From Actinomycetes bacterium (GTDB lineage Bacteria; Actinomycetota; Acidimicrobiia; IMCC26256; PALSA-610): a stretch of 60,066 bases of DNA. The translations under genes and the position numbers were made by a program. This document shows, in pieces, positions 17,774 to 27,808 of the stretch. The stretch spans positions 1-60,066 of the forward strand of contig JANNHK010000232.1 of NCBI GenBank assembly GCA_031404355.1. Reading direction: 5' to 3'. The notes under the pieces were generated by a model. That model did not search any database, had not been told where the DNA came from, and worked only from the letters and a program-made list of their open reading frames with translations. Every line of letters starts with the position of its first letter. Position 1 is the first letter of the stretch.

Positions 17774-19374
17774 AGGATCAGTGCTTCCCAGGGGCTGAGG
17801 GTGAGGGTGCCGTCTACGTTCTCGGTGTCGCGGGCGCGGATCGTCGAGATGCGGATCTCGCCTTCGATTTCGGCGACCGTTGAAGGTTCGTCGCTGAGGT
17901 TGACAACGACGACGGTGCGCTCGCCGCGCTGCCACACCCACAAGCCGTCTTTCGTCGCCGGGTGCGTTTCGTAGGCGCCGGTTCTGAGTTCCGGCATCGC
18001 GTCGCGCAGGCCGATGAGGTCGCGGGTCAGTGACAGCATCGAGTTCGGGTCGTGGCGTTGCGCCTCGACGTTGATGCGTTCGTGCGCGCCGAACGGGAGC
18101 CACGGTTCGACGCCCGCCTGCGTGAAGCCCGCGCCCGCGTCGGCCGTCCACTGCATCGGCGTGCGCTCCGGGTCGCGGCCCAGCCGCGTGCCGTGCAGCT
18201 TTGCCACCGGGTCGAGGATGCGGTCGTCGGGGACGTCGGTGTCGGTCATGCCGATCTCGTCGCCGTAGTAAAGGAACGGCGTCCCCCGCAGCCCCATCAG
18301 CAGCACCATGACCGCGCGCGCCTTGACCGAGTCGTCGCCGCACCAGCGCGTCGGGAAGCGGCGGTTGTCGTGGTTCCCGGCAGTCCAGGTGGGCCAGCAG
18401 TTCGCGGGGAGCAGGCGTTCGGCCATCTCGACCGCGTCGCGTAACTCGCCCGCGTCGAACTTCGCGTGCAGGAAGATGAGGTTGAACGCGAGGTTCAACT
18501 CGTCGCCCGCGCCGTAGAACGCGAACAGGTCTTCGGGATCGAACACGTACGTCTCGCCGACGAGGATCGGTGCGGGTTGGTATCCGTCGGCGAGCGAACG
18601 CCAGTGGCGCAGCACGTCGTGCACTTCCGGCCGGGCGGCGTTGTATTCCTGGCGCTGGCCGCGCAGCTGCACGTACCAGTGGTCGGCGTCGGACGAGGGC
18701 GGGTTGTCGCGCAGCTCCTTGTCCTTCACGACCATGTGACACACGTCGATGCGGAAGCCGGCGACGCCGCGGTCGAACCAGAACGTCAGGATGTCGTCGA
18801 ACGCGCCGCGCACGCCGTCGTTCCACCAGTTGAGGTCGGGCTGCGACGGGAGGAAGTGGTTGAGGAAGTACTGGCCGGTCGTGTCGTCGAGCGTCCACGC
18901 GGGCCGGCCCGGGTGGAACACGTTGACCCAGTTGTTCGGCGGCGAACCGTCGGGCTTGGCGTCGCCCCACACGTACCAGTCGCGGTGTTCGGAGTCGCGT
19001 GACGACCTCGCGTCGAGAAACCACGGGTGCTGATCGCTCGAATGGTTGGGGACGATGTCGAGTACGACCCGGATCCCGCGACGGGCGGCCTGCTCGATCA
19101 GTTCGTCGGCGTCGGCGAGCGTTCCGAGCGCGGGGTCGACGTCGCAGTAGTCGGCAACGTCGTAACCCCAGTCGAGGTTCGGCGACACCGTGATGGGGTC
19201 GAGCCAGATTCCTTCGACACCCAGCCACTGCAGATGGTCGAGCCGCGCCGTGATACCGCGCAGGTCGCCGATCCCGTCGCCGTTCGCGTCCATGTAGGAG
19301 CGCGGGTAGATCTGGTACAGCACCCCGTCGCGCCACCACGTGCGCCCCGGACGATCGGCAGGCATGCTCGGCAT
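17761..19374 (-). CDS. GH13 alpha-glucosidase
   Basis: YQIYPRSY, DANGDGIGDLRG, VPNHSS, GFRIDV, GNHD, YYGDEIG, RTPMQW. Confidence 0.92.
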   Translation of the reverse strand: MPSMPADRPGRTWWRDGVLYQIYPRSYMDANGDGIGDLRGITARLDHLQWLGVEGIWLDPITVSPNLDWGYDVADYCDVDPALGTLADADELIEQAARRGIRVVLDIVPNHSSDQHPWFLDARSSRDSEHRDWYVWGDAKPDGSPPNNWVNVFHPGRPAWTLDDTTGQYFLNHFLPSQPDLNWWNDGVRGAFDDILTFWFDRGVAGFRIDVCHMVVKDKELRDNPPSSDADHWYVQLRGQRQEYNAARPEVHDVLRHWRSLADGYQPAPILVGETYVFDPEDLFAFYGAGDELNLAFNLIFLHAKFDAGELRDAVEMAERLLPANCWPTWTAGNHDNRRFPTRWCGDDSVKARAVMVLLMGLRGTPFLYYGDEIGMTDTDVPDDRILDPVAKLHGTRLGRDPERTPMQWTADAGAGFTQAGVEPWLPFGAHERINVEAQRHDPNSMLSLTRDLIGLRDAMPELRTGAYETHPATKDGLWVWQRGERTVVVVNLSDEPSTVAEIEGEIRISTIRARDTENVDGTLTLSPWEALILMRR

Positions 19375-19383
19375 CCGCGGAAC

Positions 19384-22300
19384 CTAGCTCGCGGCGGCCG
19401 CTGGTTCGCCTTCGGCGGATGCCCACAGTCGCGCGTAGGCGCCGCCGCGAGCGACGAGGGCGTCATGGGTTCCGTCTTCGACCACGCGGCCGTCGTCGAT
19501 GACGACAATGCGGTCGGCGAGTCGCGCGGTCTGCAATCGGTGCGCGATGAGGATCGTGGTGCGGCCGGTCGCGGCGACGCCCATGGCCTTCTGCACCTTG
19601 GCTTCGGTGGCGAGGTCGAGGTTCGACGTGGCTTCGTCGAGCAACAGGATCGCCGGGTCGACCAGGTGCGCACGCGCGAGCGCGATCAGCTGGCGCTGGC
19701 CCGACGACAAGGACCGGCCCCGTTCGCTGACCGGTTGGAGGTACCCGCCCGGAAGCGAGGCGACGAAGTCGTGGGCGCCGACGGCCCGGGCTGCGGCTTC
19801 GACCTCGGCGTTGGTCGCACCACGGCGACCGTACGCGATGTTGTCGCGGATCGTGCCCCCGAACAGGAATGCCTCCTGCGGCACGATGCCGAGGTGTGAG
19901 TGGAACGCCACCGCGTCGTACTGCTCGACATCGACGCCGTCGACCAGCACCGTGCCGCTCGTGGCGTCGTAGAACCGGGCGACGAGTTTGATGACTGTCG
20001 ACTTGCCCGCGCCGGTCTCGCCGACGAGCGCGACCGTTTCGCCGGCGTTGACGCGCACCGACAACCCGCGCAACGCTTCGTCGACGGCGGTCGGGTACTT
20101 GAAGTGCACGTCGTGCAACTCGACGTCGCCCCGTAGCCGGGCCGGGAACACGGGTTCCGCGGGCGGCGGAATGGAACTCGGCGTGGCCAGTAGCTCGCCG
20201 ATGCGGACGAGCGACACCCGCGCCTGCTGGTACGCGTCGAACACCTGCGACAGCTGCTGGATCGGCGCGAAGAACAGGTCGAGGTAGAGCAAGAACGCGA
20301 TCAGCGAACCCGCAGTCAACGTTCCGTCGCTGATGAACACACTCCCGACGCCGAGCACGAGCGCGGCTGTCAGTTCAGAGAGCAGCTCGACGAACGGGAA
20401 GTACATGGCGACGAGCTTCTGCGCGTCCATGCGCGCGTTGCGGTACCCGCTCGCGACCTCTTCGAAGTCCTCCTGGTTGCGGTCCTCGCGGACGAACGCC
20501 TGCGAGACCCGAACCCCGGAGAGCCCTTCCTGGAGGTTGGCGTTGACGGCGGCGATGTGCTCGCGCGCGCTCTCGTACGCCTTGCTCGACTGTTTCCGGA
20601 ACCACAGCGTGGCGATGATCAACGGCGGCAACACCGACGCCGCGACGAGCGCAAGTTTCGGGTTCATGATGCCCAGCGCGATTCCGACACCGAAGAACGA
20701 CACGATGTTGACCAGCGCGGTGATGAGGCCCTGCTGGAGCAACTGTGACAGCGAGTCGATGTCGGTGGTCATGCGCGTCATGACGCGCCCGGCCATCTCC
20801 TGCTCGTAGTAGTCGACACCGAGTCGTTGCAGGTGCGCGAACACCTTGATGCGCAGGGCGTGCAGGAGCCGCTCCGAAGTGCGCCCCATGATGCGCATCT
20901 GGCCCCACATGATCGCCCAGTCGACGAGCGTGACGACGAGGAAGAAGGCACAGGCCATGAACAGCGCGCGCTTCGACCCGTCGACGACACCGTTGTCGAT
21001 TCCGTAGCGGACGAGCAACGGCCCCACGAGCGTGCAGATCGCGTCGAGCGTGACGAGCCCGAGCCCGAGGGCGAGGGCGGCGCGGTACGGCCGCAGGAAC
21101 GCGACGAACTTGAAGGAAGGGTCCTCCTGCGCTTCGGCGTCGACGTCGACCTCGGCTTCGAAGTCGGCCGGCGGCAACGCGTCGACCTTCGCCAGCAGTT
21201 CGGGGGTCGGCGCCATCGCACCGCCCATCGTCGCCATGCTGCCGACGAAGCCGCCGCCACCACCGGGCGGGCCGAATCGGGCCGGCGCGGTCGCCGGACG
21301 GGTCGCGTCGGCCACCTCGGCGAGCCGCAACTCGTCGTGTTCCAGGCCGCGCCACGCGTCGGGTGTGATGCCGTCGACCTGCCCGGTCCCCGCGTGCACC
21401 AACTCCGGTTCCGGCGCGTCGATTCCTTCGACGTCGTCGCCCGGACCGGACAGCAGCAATCGGTAGACGGCGCACCGCACGGTGAGTTCTTCGTGCGTGC
21501 CCGAGTCGACGACCCGACCGCCGTCGACCACCACGATGCGGTCGGCCAGCGAGAGGGTCGAGCGGCGGTGGGCGATGAGGATCGTGGTGCGGCCGACCGC
21601 GAGGCGCCGCAACGTAGCGTGGATCTCTTCCTCGATGCGCGCGTCGACCGACGACGTGGCGTCGTCGAGTAGCAGAATCTTCGGATCGGACAGCAACGCG
21701 CGGGCGAGCGCAATGCGCTGGCGCTGGCCGCCCGACAGCGTGAGGCCGTGTTCGCCGACGACCGTGTCGTACCCGTGCGGCAGCCGCCCGACGAACTCGT
21801 GCGCCTCGGCCGCGCGTGCCGCCGCCTCGACGTCGGCCTCGCTCGCGTCGGGGAGACCGAACGCGATGTTGGCACGAATGGTGTCGGAGAACAGGAACGA
21901 GTCCTCGAACACCACGCCGATCTGGCTGCGCAGCGACGCCATCGTGACATCGCGTACGTCGACCCCGTCGATCGTGACCGATCCGTGTTGTACGTCGTAG
22001 AACCGCGGCAGCAGAAGCGCAATCGTCGACTTGCCCGAGCCCGAGCCTCCGACGAGCGCGACCGTCTCGCCCGGCGCGACCGCGAGCGAGAAGTCTTCCA
22101 GCACCGGTTCGGTGCTCAAGTACCCGAACGTGACGTTGTCGAGGCGGACCTCGCCGCTGGTCGGCGTGAGGTCGGGCGCGTCGGGCTTGTCCTGTACCAG
22201 CGGGGTCGAGTCGAGCAGGTCGAAGATGCGTTCCGCACCCGCGCGCGCGAGCTGCCCGACCGTGAGGATGGCGGCCATCATCCGGACCGGCGGTACGAGG

Positions 22301-23187
22301 CGCAGCATGTACGTGGAGAACGCGAGGAACGTCCCGAGGCTGATCTGCCCCTCGATCGCGAGCCAGCCGCCGAGCGCGAGGACGCCGACCTGGCCGAACA
22401 CAGGGATGACCTGGAGCTGCGGCTGGAGCCGCGCCTGCATGTGCACGAGCCGCACCTTCGACGCGAAGAGCCGCTCGGAACGACCCGTGAGCCGGCCGAG
22501 TTCGGCCTGCTCCTGACCGAAACCCTTGACGACCCGGACGCCGGTCACTGCCTCCTCGACGACGTTCGCCACCTCGCCCGCACGCTGCTGCGCGTCCCAG
22601 CTCGCCGGGAACACCGCCGTGCGCAGCCGTAGCGCGGTGAAGAGGAGCGCCGGCCCCACGAGCAGCATCACGACGGTGAGCAACGGCGAGAGCCACACCA
22701 TCGCGGCGAGCGACACGACGAACATGAGGACGTTGCCGACACCGATCGGCATGAACTGCAACAGCCCCTGTACGAGCTGTACGTCGGACGACGCCCGGCT
22801 CACGAGTTGGCCCGTCTGCATCTCGTCGTGACTGGCGAAGTCGAGCCGCTGGAGCTGACCGAAGATGGCCGTGCGGAGGTCGTGCTGGACGTCGAGTGCG
22901 ATCTTCCCGCCGCGGAAGCGGCGCACGTACGCGAGGACGAACCGGGCGAGAGCCATGAGGATGAGCAGTGCGATCCACGGTGCGAGCGGCTTGTCGCCCG
23001 CGATGATCACGTCGTCGACGATCACGAGCTGCACGAGCGGGGCCAGCGACGCGATGATCGTGCCCGCGATCGCGACGCCGAACGCGACGATCGCGTCGCT
23101 CTTGTGCGGGCCCATGTAGCCGACCAGGCGCCGGACCCAGCCGGGCGGGCGCTTCTCCTTCGACCGATGCAGCAGCTTCATGTTCAT
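19384..23187 (-). CDS. Fused double-half ABC exporter (TMD-NBD-TMD-NBD), multidrug type
   Basis: Walker A motifs GGSGSGKST and GETGAGKST; signatures LSGGQ and LSSGQ. ATGA overlap with marR at 23187. Confidence 0.92.
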   Translation of the reverse strand: MNMKLLHRSKEKRPPGWVRRLVGYMGPHKSDAIVAFGVAIAGTIIASLAPLVQLVIVDDVIIAGDKPLAPWIALLILMALARFVLAYVRRFRGGKIALDVQHDLRTAIFGQLQRLDFASHDEMQTGQLVSRASSDVQLVQGLLQFMPIGVGNVLMFVVSLAAMVWLSPLLTVVMLLVGPALLFTALRLRTAVFPASWDAQQRAGEVANVVEEAVTGVRVVKGFGQEQAELGRLTGRSERLFASKVRLVHMQARLQPQLQVIPVFGQVGVLALGGWLAIEGQISLGTFLAFSTYMLRLVPPVRMMAAILTVGQLARAGAERIFDLLDSTPLVQDKPDAPDLTPTSGEVRLDNVTFGYLSTEPVLEDFSLAVAPGETVALVGGSGSGKSTIALLLPRFYDVQHGSVTIDGVDVRDVTMASLRSQIGVVFEDSFLFSDTIRANIAFGLPDASEADVEAAARAAEAHEFVGRLPHGYDTVVGEHGLTLSGGQRQRIALARALLSDPKILLLDDATSSVDARIEEEIHATLRRLAVGRTTILIAHRRSTLSLADRIVVVDGGRVVDSGTHEELTVRCAVYRLLLSGPGDDVEGIDAPEPELVHAGTGQVDGITPDAWRGLEHDELRLAEVADATRPATAPARFGPPGGGGGFVGSMATMGGAMAPTPELLAKVDALPPADFEAEVDVDAEAQEDPSFKFVAFLRPYRAALALGLGLVTLDAICTLVGPLLVRYGIDNGVVDGSKRALFMACAFFLVVTLVDWAIMWGQMRIMGRTSERLLHALRIKVFAHLQRLGVDYYEQEMAGRVMTRMTTDIDSLSQLLQQGLITALVNIVSFFGVGIALGIMNPKLALVAASVLPPLIIATLWFRKQSSKAYESAREHIAAVNANLQEGLSGVRVSQAFVREDRNQEDFEEVASGYRNARMDAQKLVAMYFPFVELLSELTAALVLGVGSVFISDGTLTAGSLIAFLLYLDLFFAPIQQLSQVFDAYQQARVSLVRIGELLATPSSIPPPAEPVFPARLRGDVELHDVHFKYPTAVDEALRGLSVRVNAGETVALVGETGAGKSTVIKLVARFYDATSGTVLVDGVDVEQYDAVAFHSHLGIVPQEAFLFGGTIRDNIAYGRRGATNAEVEAAARAVGAHDFVASLPGGYLQPVSERGRSLSSGQRQLIALARAHLVDPAILLLDEATSNLDLATEAKVQKAMGVAATGRTTILIAHRLQTARLADRIVVIDDGRVVEDGTHDALVARGGAYARLWASAEGEPAAAAS

Positions 23188-23609
23188 CGCGTGAGACGCC
23201 CCGTGAAGTACGTCGTCATCGCCTCGTCGAGCGAACACAACGCGGCGAGGACGGCATCGCGGTCTTGTGCACCGACGAGCACCTGGTCGAGCGCGATCGC
23301 CATGGCCTTCTCCGCGTCGGCAAGGGCCGCCTTGCCCGAGCGGGTCACGACCAGCCGCAGCGACCGCCGGTCGCCTTCGACTGCCTCGCGGGTCACGAAC
23401 CCGCGCTCGACGAGCCCGTCGACCACCGCCGTGACCGTCGGCTTCGCAACCGCGAGGCGTTCCGCGATCAACGACGAACGGTGGTCCCCGCCCGCCACGA
23501 GCGCGAGCACCCGGAACTGGGCGAGCGTGAGATCGCCCGCGGCTCGTTCCAAACGACGGGCGGCGAGAGCGATGGCCCGCGCCGCCGTCCGCAGATCGGG
23601 ATCCGGCAC
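23184..23609 (-). CDS. MarR family regulator
   Basis: LTLAQFRVL, KPTVTAVVDGLVERGFV, DRR. Confidence 0.88.
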   Translation of the reverse strand: MPDPDLRTAARAIALAARRLERAAGDLTLAQFRVLALVAGGDHRSSLIAERLAVAKPTVTAVVDGLVERGFVTREAVEGDRRSLRLVVTRSGKAALADAEKAMAIALDQVLVGAQDRDAVLAALCSLDEAMTTYFTGRLTR

Positions 23610-23652
23610 ACGATGAGCCTACCGAACGGTTAGGGCCCCGAACTATCTCGGA

Positions 23653-24159
23653 TCAGGGTCCGCTCACGATCGCGATCAACGCCGCGCTCGTATAGGTGCC
23701 GGCCCGGGCGTCGACAGGCACCTCGAGTTTCACGACCGCGGGCGAGATGAGGTACGTCCCGGCCCCGTTGCCGACCGTTGCCGTCACGATCTTCTCGCCG
23801 GCCGCGAACCCGCCGCTCGAAGCGTTGCCGGTGACGCCCGTCATCGTCGCCGGCAGTACCGCCTGCACCTCGGGCGCGTCCATCGTGATCGACGATGCCG
23901 GAATCGTCGATGCGCCGTTGACGAGATCCGGAATGGTCAAGAGGACGTGCCAGCCGGCGAACGAGGCGGTGTCGTCGATAATCGTAAACGGGGCGATCGT
24001 CAGGCTGGTGAGTTGCGGCGCGCCCGTAAGGGTCACCGGGGTGAAGTCGTCGATCGCAGGCGCGCCGGGCGGGTCGAAATCGAGGGTGCCCGCGTGCGCG
24101 CCCGACACCGGGACCAGCAGCGACACCATCGTCGCCAGAACCACAAAGCGCCAGACCAC
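23653..24159 (-). CDS. Secreted WxL-like domain protein
   Basis: Signal peptide ending AHA; TIIDD...GWHV...GAGTY...LEVP...GTY...SGP pattern. Start uncertain. Confidence 0.55.
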   Translation of the reverse strand: MVWRFVVLATMVSLLVPVSGAHAGTLDFDPPGAPAIDDFTPVTLTGAPQLTSLTIAPFTIIDDTASFAGWHVLLTIPDLVNGASTIPASSITMDAPEVQAVLPATMTGVTGNASSGGFAAGEKIVTATVGNGAGTYLISPAVVKLEVPVDARAGTYTSAALIAIVSGP

Positions 24160-24185
24160 AGGCCCTAATCGGCGAATTTTCCGGT

Positions 24186-24228
24186 GTTTGCAGCCAAGTG
24201 GCCCGTGAGGGGCCATTTCGCTTCAAAC
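24186..24228. repeat. Imperfect palindrome just 3' of tRNA-Ser(TGA)
   Basis: GTTTGCAGCCAAGTGGCCC-GTGAG-GGGCCATTTCGCTTCAAAC. Confidence 0.6.
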
Positions 24229-24232
24229 CGAG

Positions 24233-24315
24233 CGGAGGGACAGGGATTCGAACCCTGGGTGCTTGCGCACAACGGTTTTCAAGACCGTCCCGTTAGGCCG
24301 CTCCGGCATCCCTCC
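24233..24315 (-). tRNA. tRNA-Ser(TGA)
   Basis: ACGGT-CT-TGA-AA-ACCGT anticodon arm, variable arm, GTTCGAATC; lies directly after serS. Confidence 0.95.
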
Positions 24316-24335
24316 GGGTTCGAGGGTAGTAGCGC

Positions 24336-25589
24336 TCAGGAACGGGGTTCGACGAGTTCGAAGTCGACGTAGGGGCGCAGCACATCGGGCACGACGAACC
24401 CGCCGTCGGCGGTTTGGTAGTGCTCGAACAGGAACACGAGCGTGCGGCTCACCGCGACCCCGGTGCCGTTGAGCGTGTGCACCAGCTCGCTGCCGCGCTC
24501 GCCCTTGACCCGGGTGCCGAGGCGGCGGGCGGAATAGTCGGTGTAGTTCGAACACGAGGTCAGTTCGCGGTAGCGGCCCTCTGACGGCAGCCAGCCTTCG
24601 ATGTCGTACTTCTTCGTGGCCGCGGGCCCGAGGTCGCCGGCCGCGACGTTGAGCACGTGGTACGGGATGCCGAGGCCGCCGATGATCTCTTCTTCGATGG
24701 CGAGGATCCGTTCGTGCTCGGCAACCGACTCGTCGGGCAACACGTACGAGAACATCTCGACCTTGTCGAACTGGTGTACGCGAAAGATTCCACGCGTGTC
24801 CTTGCCGTACGTTCCCGCCTCGCGCCGAAAGCACGACGAGAACCCGGCGTACCGCACCGGGAGTTGGCCCGGGGTAAACGTCTCGCCGCGATGGATGGCC
24901 GACAGCGGCACTTCGCTCGTCCCGACGAGGTAGAGGTCGTCGTCCTCGATGCCGTACACCTGGCTGCGGTCGGTCGGGAAGAACCCGGCCTCCTCCATCG
25001 TGCGCTCGCGCACGAGCGTGGGCGTGACGACCGGGGTGAAGCCGTGCGAGGACACGACGCGTATTGCGTAGTTGACCAGCGCGAGTTCCAGCAGCGCGGC
25101 CTCGCGCATGATGTACGCGAACCGGCTCCCGCTCGCTTCCGCGGCGCGTGCGGTGTCGGCGAACCCGAGCGCGTCGGACAGGGCGGCGTGGTCGAGCCCG
25201 GGCGGGTCGGGCGTTGCCCCGACGACCTTGACCACTTCGCCGTCGCCTTCGCCACCGTCGGGGACGCTCGCGTCGGCCGGATTCGGGACCTGGAGCGCGA
25301 GTTCGCGCAGCTGCTCCTCGACCCCTTGCAGTTCCTTCTCCTGCGCGGAGAGTTCTTCCTTCAGCACGGCGGCGGCTTCGATCTTGGCGGGCCGTGCGTC
25401 GGGCGCGGCCTTGCCGATCTCCTTGGATGCCGCGTTCTGGCGGGCCCGCAGTTCTTCGACGCTCGTGAGTATCGAACGCCGGTGCTCGTCGGCCTCGATC
25501 ACACTGTCGAGCAAACCCTCGCGGACGCGCTTGCGTTCGATGCCGCGCCGGTACTCGGGTTCGTCGCGCAGCCGTTTGAGGTCGATCAT
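24336..25589 (-). CDS. serS: Seryl-tRNA synthetase
   Basis: GTSEV, CFRREAG, RVHQFDKVE, ELTSCSN, HTLNGT. Confidence 0.97.
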   Translation of the reverse strand: MIDLKRLRDEPEYRRGIERKRVREGLLDSVIEADEHRRSILTSVEELRARQNAASKEIGKAAPDARPAKIEAAAVLKEELSAQEKELQGVEEQLRELALQVPNPADASVPDGGEGDGEVVKVVGATPDPPGLDHAALSDALGFADTARAAEASGSRFAYIMREAALLELALVNYAIRVVSSHGFTPVVTPTLVRERTMEEAGFFPTDRSQVYGIEDDDLYLVGTSEVPLSAIHRGETFTPGQLPVRYAGFSSCFRREAGTYGKDTRGIFRVHQFDKVEMFSYVLPDESVAEHERILAIEEEIIGGLGIPYHVLNVAAGDLGPAATKKYDIEGWLPSEGRYRELTSCSNYTDYSARRLGTRVKGERGSELVHTLNGTGVAVSRTLVFLFEHYQTADGGFVVPDVLRPYVDFELVEPRS

Positions 25590-26518
25590 TCAGATTCTCG
25601 TATCTGCGCGCGCAAGCCCTCGACCCACGACGACGCGTGCTTCCACGCGCGTCCGTGCGCCCGCCGCCGCTCGCGGCCGGCTTCGGCCGGACCGCCGACC
25701 GCGTACGAACCGAGGAACTTCACGTCGGCCTGCTTCGCGGCCCGGTTGCGGAGCGCGTCGGCAACCAGTTCGTCGGCGACGTGGCCCTGGAAATCCATGA
25801 AGAAGCAGTAGTCACCGAGCCCGCGCTTCGTCGGCCGCGACTCGATCTTCGACAGGTCGATCGCGCGCGCCGCGAACTCCTGAAGGATCGCGAGCAGCGT
25901 GCCCGGCCGGTTCTCGCGCTGGAAGCACACGATCGACGTCTTGTCGTGACCGGTCGGTGCCGGGATCCCGCGCCCGACGAGCACGAAGCGGGTTTCGTTC
26001 TCGGGGTGGTCTTCGATGTCGGTCGCGAGCACCTCGAGCCCGTACACGTCGGCGGCGAGCGCGTTGCAGATCGCGGCCATGTTCGACTTCTTCGACTTCG
26101 AGACCTCGCGGGCTGCGTCGGCGGTGGAGTGAGACGCCCGGGAGTCGGCGTTCGGGAGCTTCTTGTGCAGCCAGCCCCGGCACTGCGCGAGCGCATGCCC
26201 GAACGACACGACCGTGTCGATGTCGGCCAGCGTCGTGCCCGGCCGCACACACAGGTTGAGAGAAACCGGCAGGTCGATCTCGCGCTGGATCAGCAGCTCA
26301 CTGTCGAACGCGAGCGTGTCGAGCGTGACCGACACGGAGCCCTCGATCATGTTTTCGATCGGTACCAACCCGACCTCGAACTCGCCACCCTCCACCGCCG
26401 CGATGACGTCGGGGACCGACCGGAAGTCGACGCGAGGACACGCGGCGAGATCGGTCTGGGTGAGGAGCGCCTCCTCGGTGAACGTCCCGGGCGGACCGAA
26501 GTAGGCAACGTTGCGCAC
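25586..26518 (-). CDS. pheA: Prephenate dehydratase
   Basis: YFGPPGTFTE, PIENMIEG, NETRF, ACT domain with IESRP. Confidence 0.95.
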   Translation of the reverse strand: MRNVAYFGPPGTFTEEALLTQTDLAACPRVDFRSVPDVIAAVEGGEFEVGLVPIENMIEGSVSVTLDTLAFDSELLIQREIDLPVSLNLCVRPGTTLADIDTVVSFGHALAQCRGWLHKKLPNADSRASHSTADAAREVSKSKKSNMAAICNALAADVYGLEVLATDIEDHPENETRFVLVGRGIPAPTGHDKTSIVCFQRENRPGTLLAILQEFAARAIDLSKIESRPTKRGLGDYCFFMDFQGHVADELVADALRNRAAKQADVKFLGSYAVGGPAEAGRERRRAHGRAWKHASSWVEGLRAQIRESE

Positions 26519-26718
26519 CGGGGAATGGTAAACCCCTCCGCCCCACGGGCCGCTCAGTTAGATGGGCGCCGTGGAGAACTGTGCAGGACAGGAGCTAGCG
26601 TGCGCTGAAACAACGATTTTCACTCCAAAAGGCGCCAGCGCAGCCGGCCCGAACTCGTCGCGTCGCACGGGTGATGGCCCTCGGAGCCTAAGCCGACCCA
26701 TAAACAAGGAGGCCGCAC

Positions 26719-27798
26719 ATGCGGGCCGCAGTCTTCGTCGAAACCGGTGGTCCCCTCTCGATCGAGAACGTCGAACCGGCGCCGCCCGGTCCCCGGGATG
26801 TTGTCGTCCAGCTGGGTGCGAGCGGCGTGTGCCACTCCGACCTCTCGATCAAGAACGGCTACGTCGGCATCATGCCCGGCACGATCCTCGGCCACGAGGG
26901 CGCGGGCAAGGTGCTCGAAGTGGGCAAGGAAGTCACCCATGTGAAGAAGGGTGACCGCATCGTCGCCTCCTTCATCCCCGCGTGTGGCGCCTGCTGGTTC
27001 TGCCTCCACGACAACAGCGAACTCTGCGACAACGAGATCCCCGTGATGATGACGCCCCGCGGCCAGCGCGAAGGTGGCGCCTACCTCACGATGACGGGCC
27101 TCGGCACCTTCGCCGAGACGATGACGTGCGACCAGTCGTCGATTGTCAAGATCGAGACCGATCTCCCCGACGAGCAGCTTGCGCTGATCGGCTGCGGTGT
27201 CACCACCGGTGTGGGCGCGGCGCTCAACACGGCCGGCGTCGAGCCCGGCTCGTCGGTGGCCATCATCGGCTGCGGCGGTGTCGGACTCTCGGTGCTGCAG
27301 GGCGCACGCATCGCGGGCGCCGGTCGCATCATCGCGATCGACATGGTCGAGATGAAGCGCAAGACCGCCGAGGCCCAGGGCGCGACCGACCTGGTCGACC
27401 CCGCGCAGGGCGACGTCGTCGCGCAGGTACAGGCACTCACCGGCGGTCGCGGCGTCGACTACGCGTTCGAAGTCATCGGCCTGCCCGAGACGACGATGCA
27501 GGCGTACAACATGATCCGTAAGGGCGGCACCGCGGTGATGGTCGGCATGACTCGCGCCGAAGCCACGATCACGATTCCCACCTTCGACCTGTTCTTCAAC
27601 CAGAAGACGCTCAAGGGTTCGAAGTACGGGTCGGCGCAGGTGCGCCGCGACTTCCAGCGTTTCGTTGACCTCATCGAGACCGGCAGACTCGACACTGCTT
27701 CGATGGTGTCGGCCACGATCGCGCTCGACAAGGTCAACGAAGCGTTCACCGCTATGGAGAACGGCGAAGTCATCCGCTCGGTCATCACGTCGTTCTAA
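26719..27798 (+). CDS. Zn-dependent alcohol dehydrogenase (class III-like)
   Basis: GVCHSD, GHEGAG, CGACWFC...C, GCGVTTG, GCGGVG; AAGGAGG RBS. Confidence 0.92.
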   Translation: MRAAVFVETGGPLSIENVEPAPPGPRDVVVQLGASGVCHSDLSIKNGYVGIMPGTILGHEGAGKVLEVGKEVTHVKKGDRIVASFIPACGACWFCLHDNSELCDNEIPVMMTPRGQREGGAYLTMTGLGTFAETMTCDQSSIVKIETDLPDEQLALIGCGVTTGVGAALNTAGVEPGSSVAIIGCGGVGLSVLQGARIAGAGRIIAIDMVEMKRKTAEAQGATDLVDPAQGDVVAQVQALTGGRGVDYAFEVIGLPETTMQAYNMIRKGGTAVMVGMTRAEATITIPTFDLFFNQKTLKGSKYGSAQVRRDFQRFVDLIETGRLDTASMVSATIALDKVNEAFTAMENGEVIRSVITSF

Positions 27799-27808
27799 GG
27801 CCCGACCC

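Noticed and set aside
16016-19426. 1136-aa ORF and other long Arg/Pro-rich ORFs (e.g. 20375-22978, 5798-8191, 43023-44618)
   Set aside because: Shadow frames of real genes in high-GC DNA, with no recognisable motifs.
24160-24230. Possible c-di-GMP-II riboswitch upstream of the WxL-like gene (contains GGGCCACTTG)
   Set aside because: It lacks the 3' AGTGCAACCG-type element and is better explained as a single long palindrome.
16063-24232. Island between the two tRNA-Ser genes
   Set aside because: No duplicated tRNA end, integrase or visible compositional shift.
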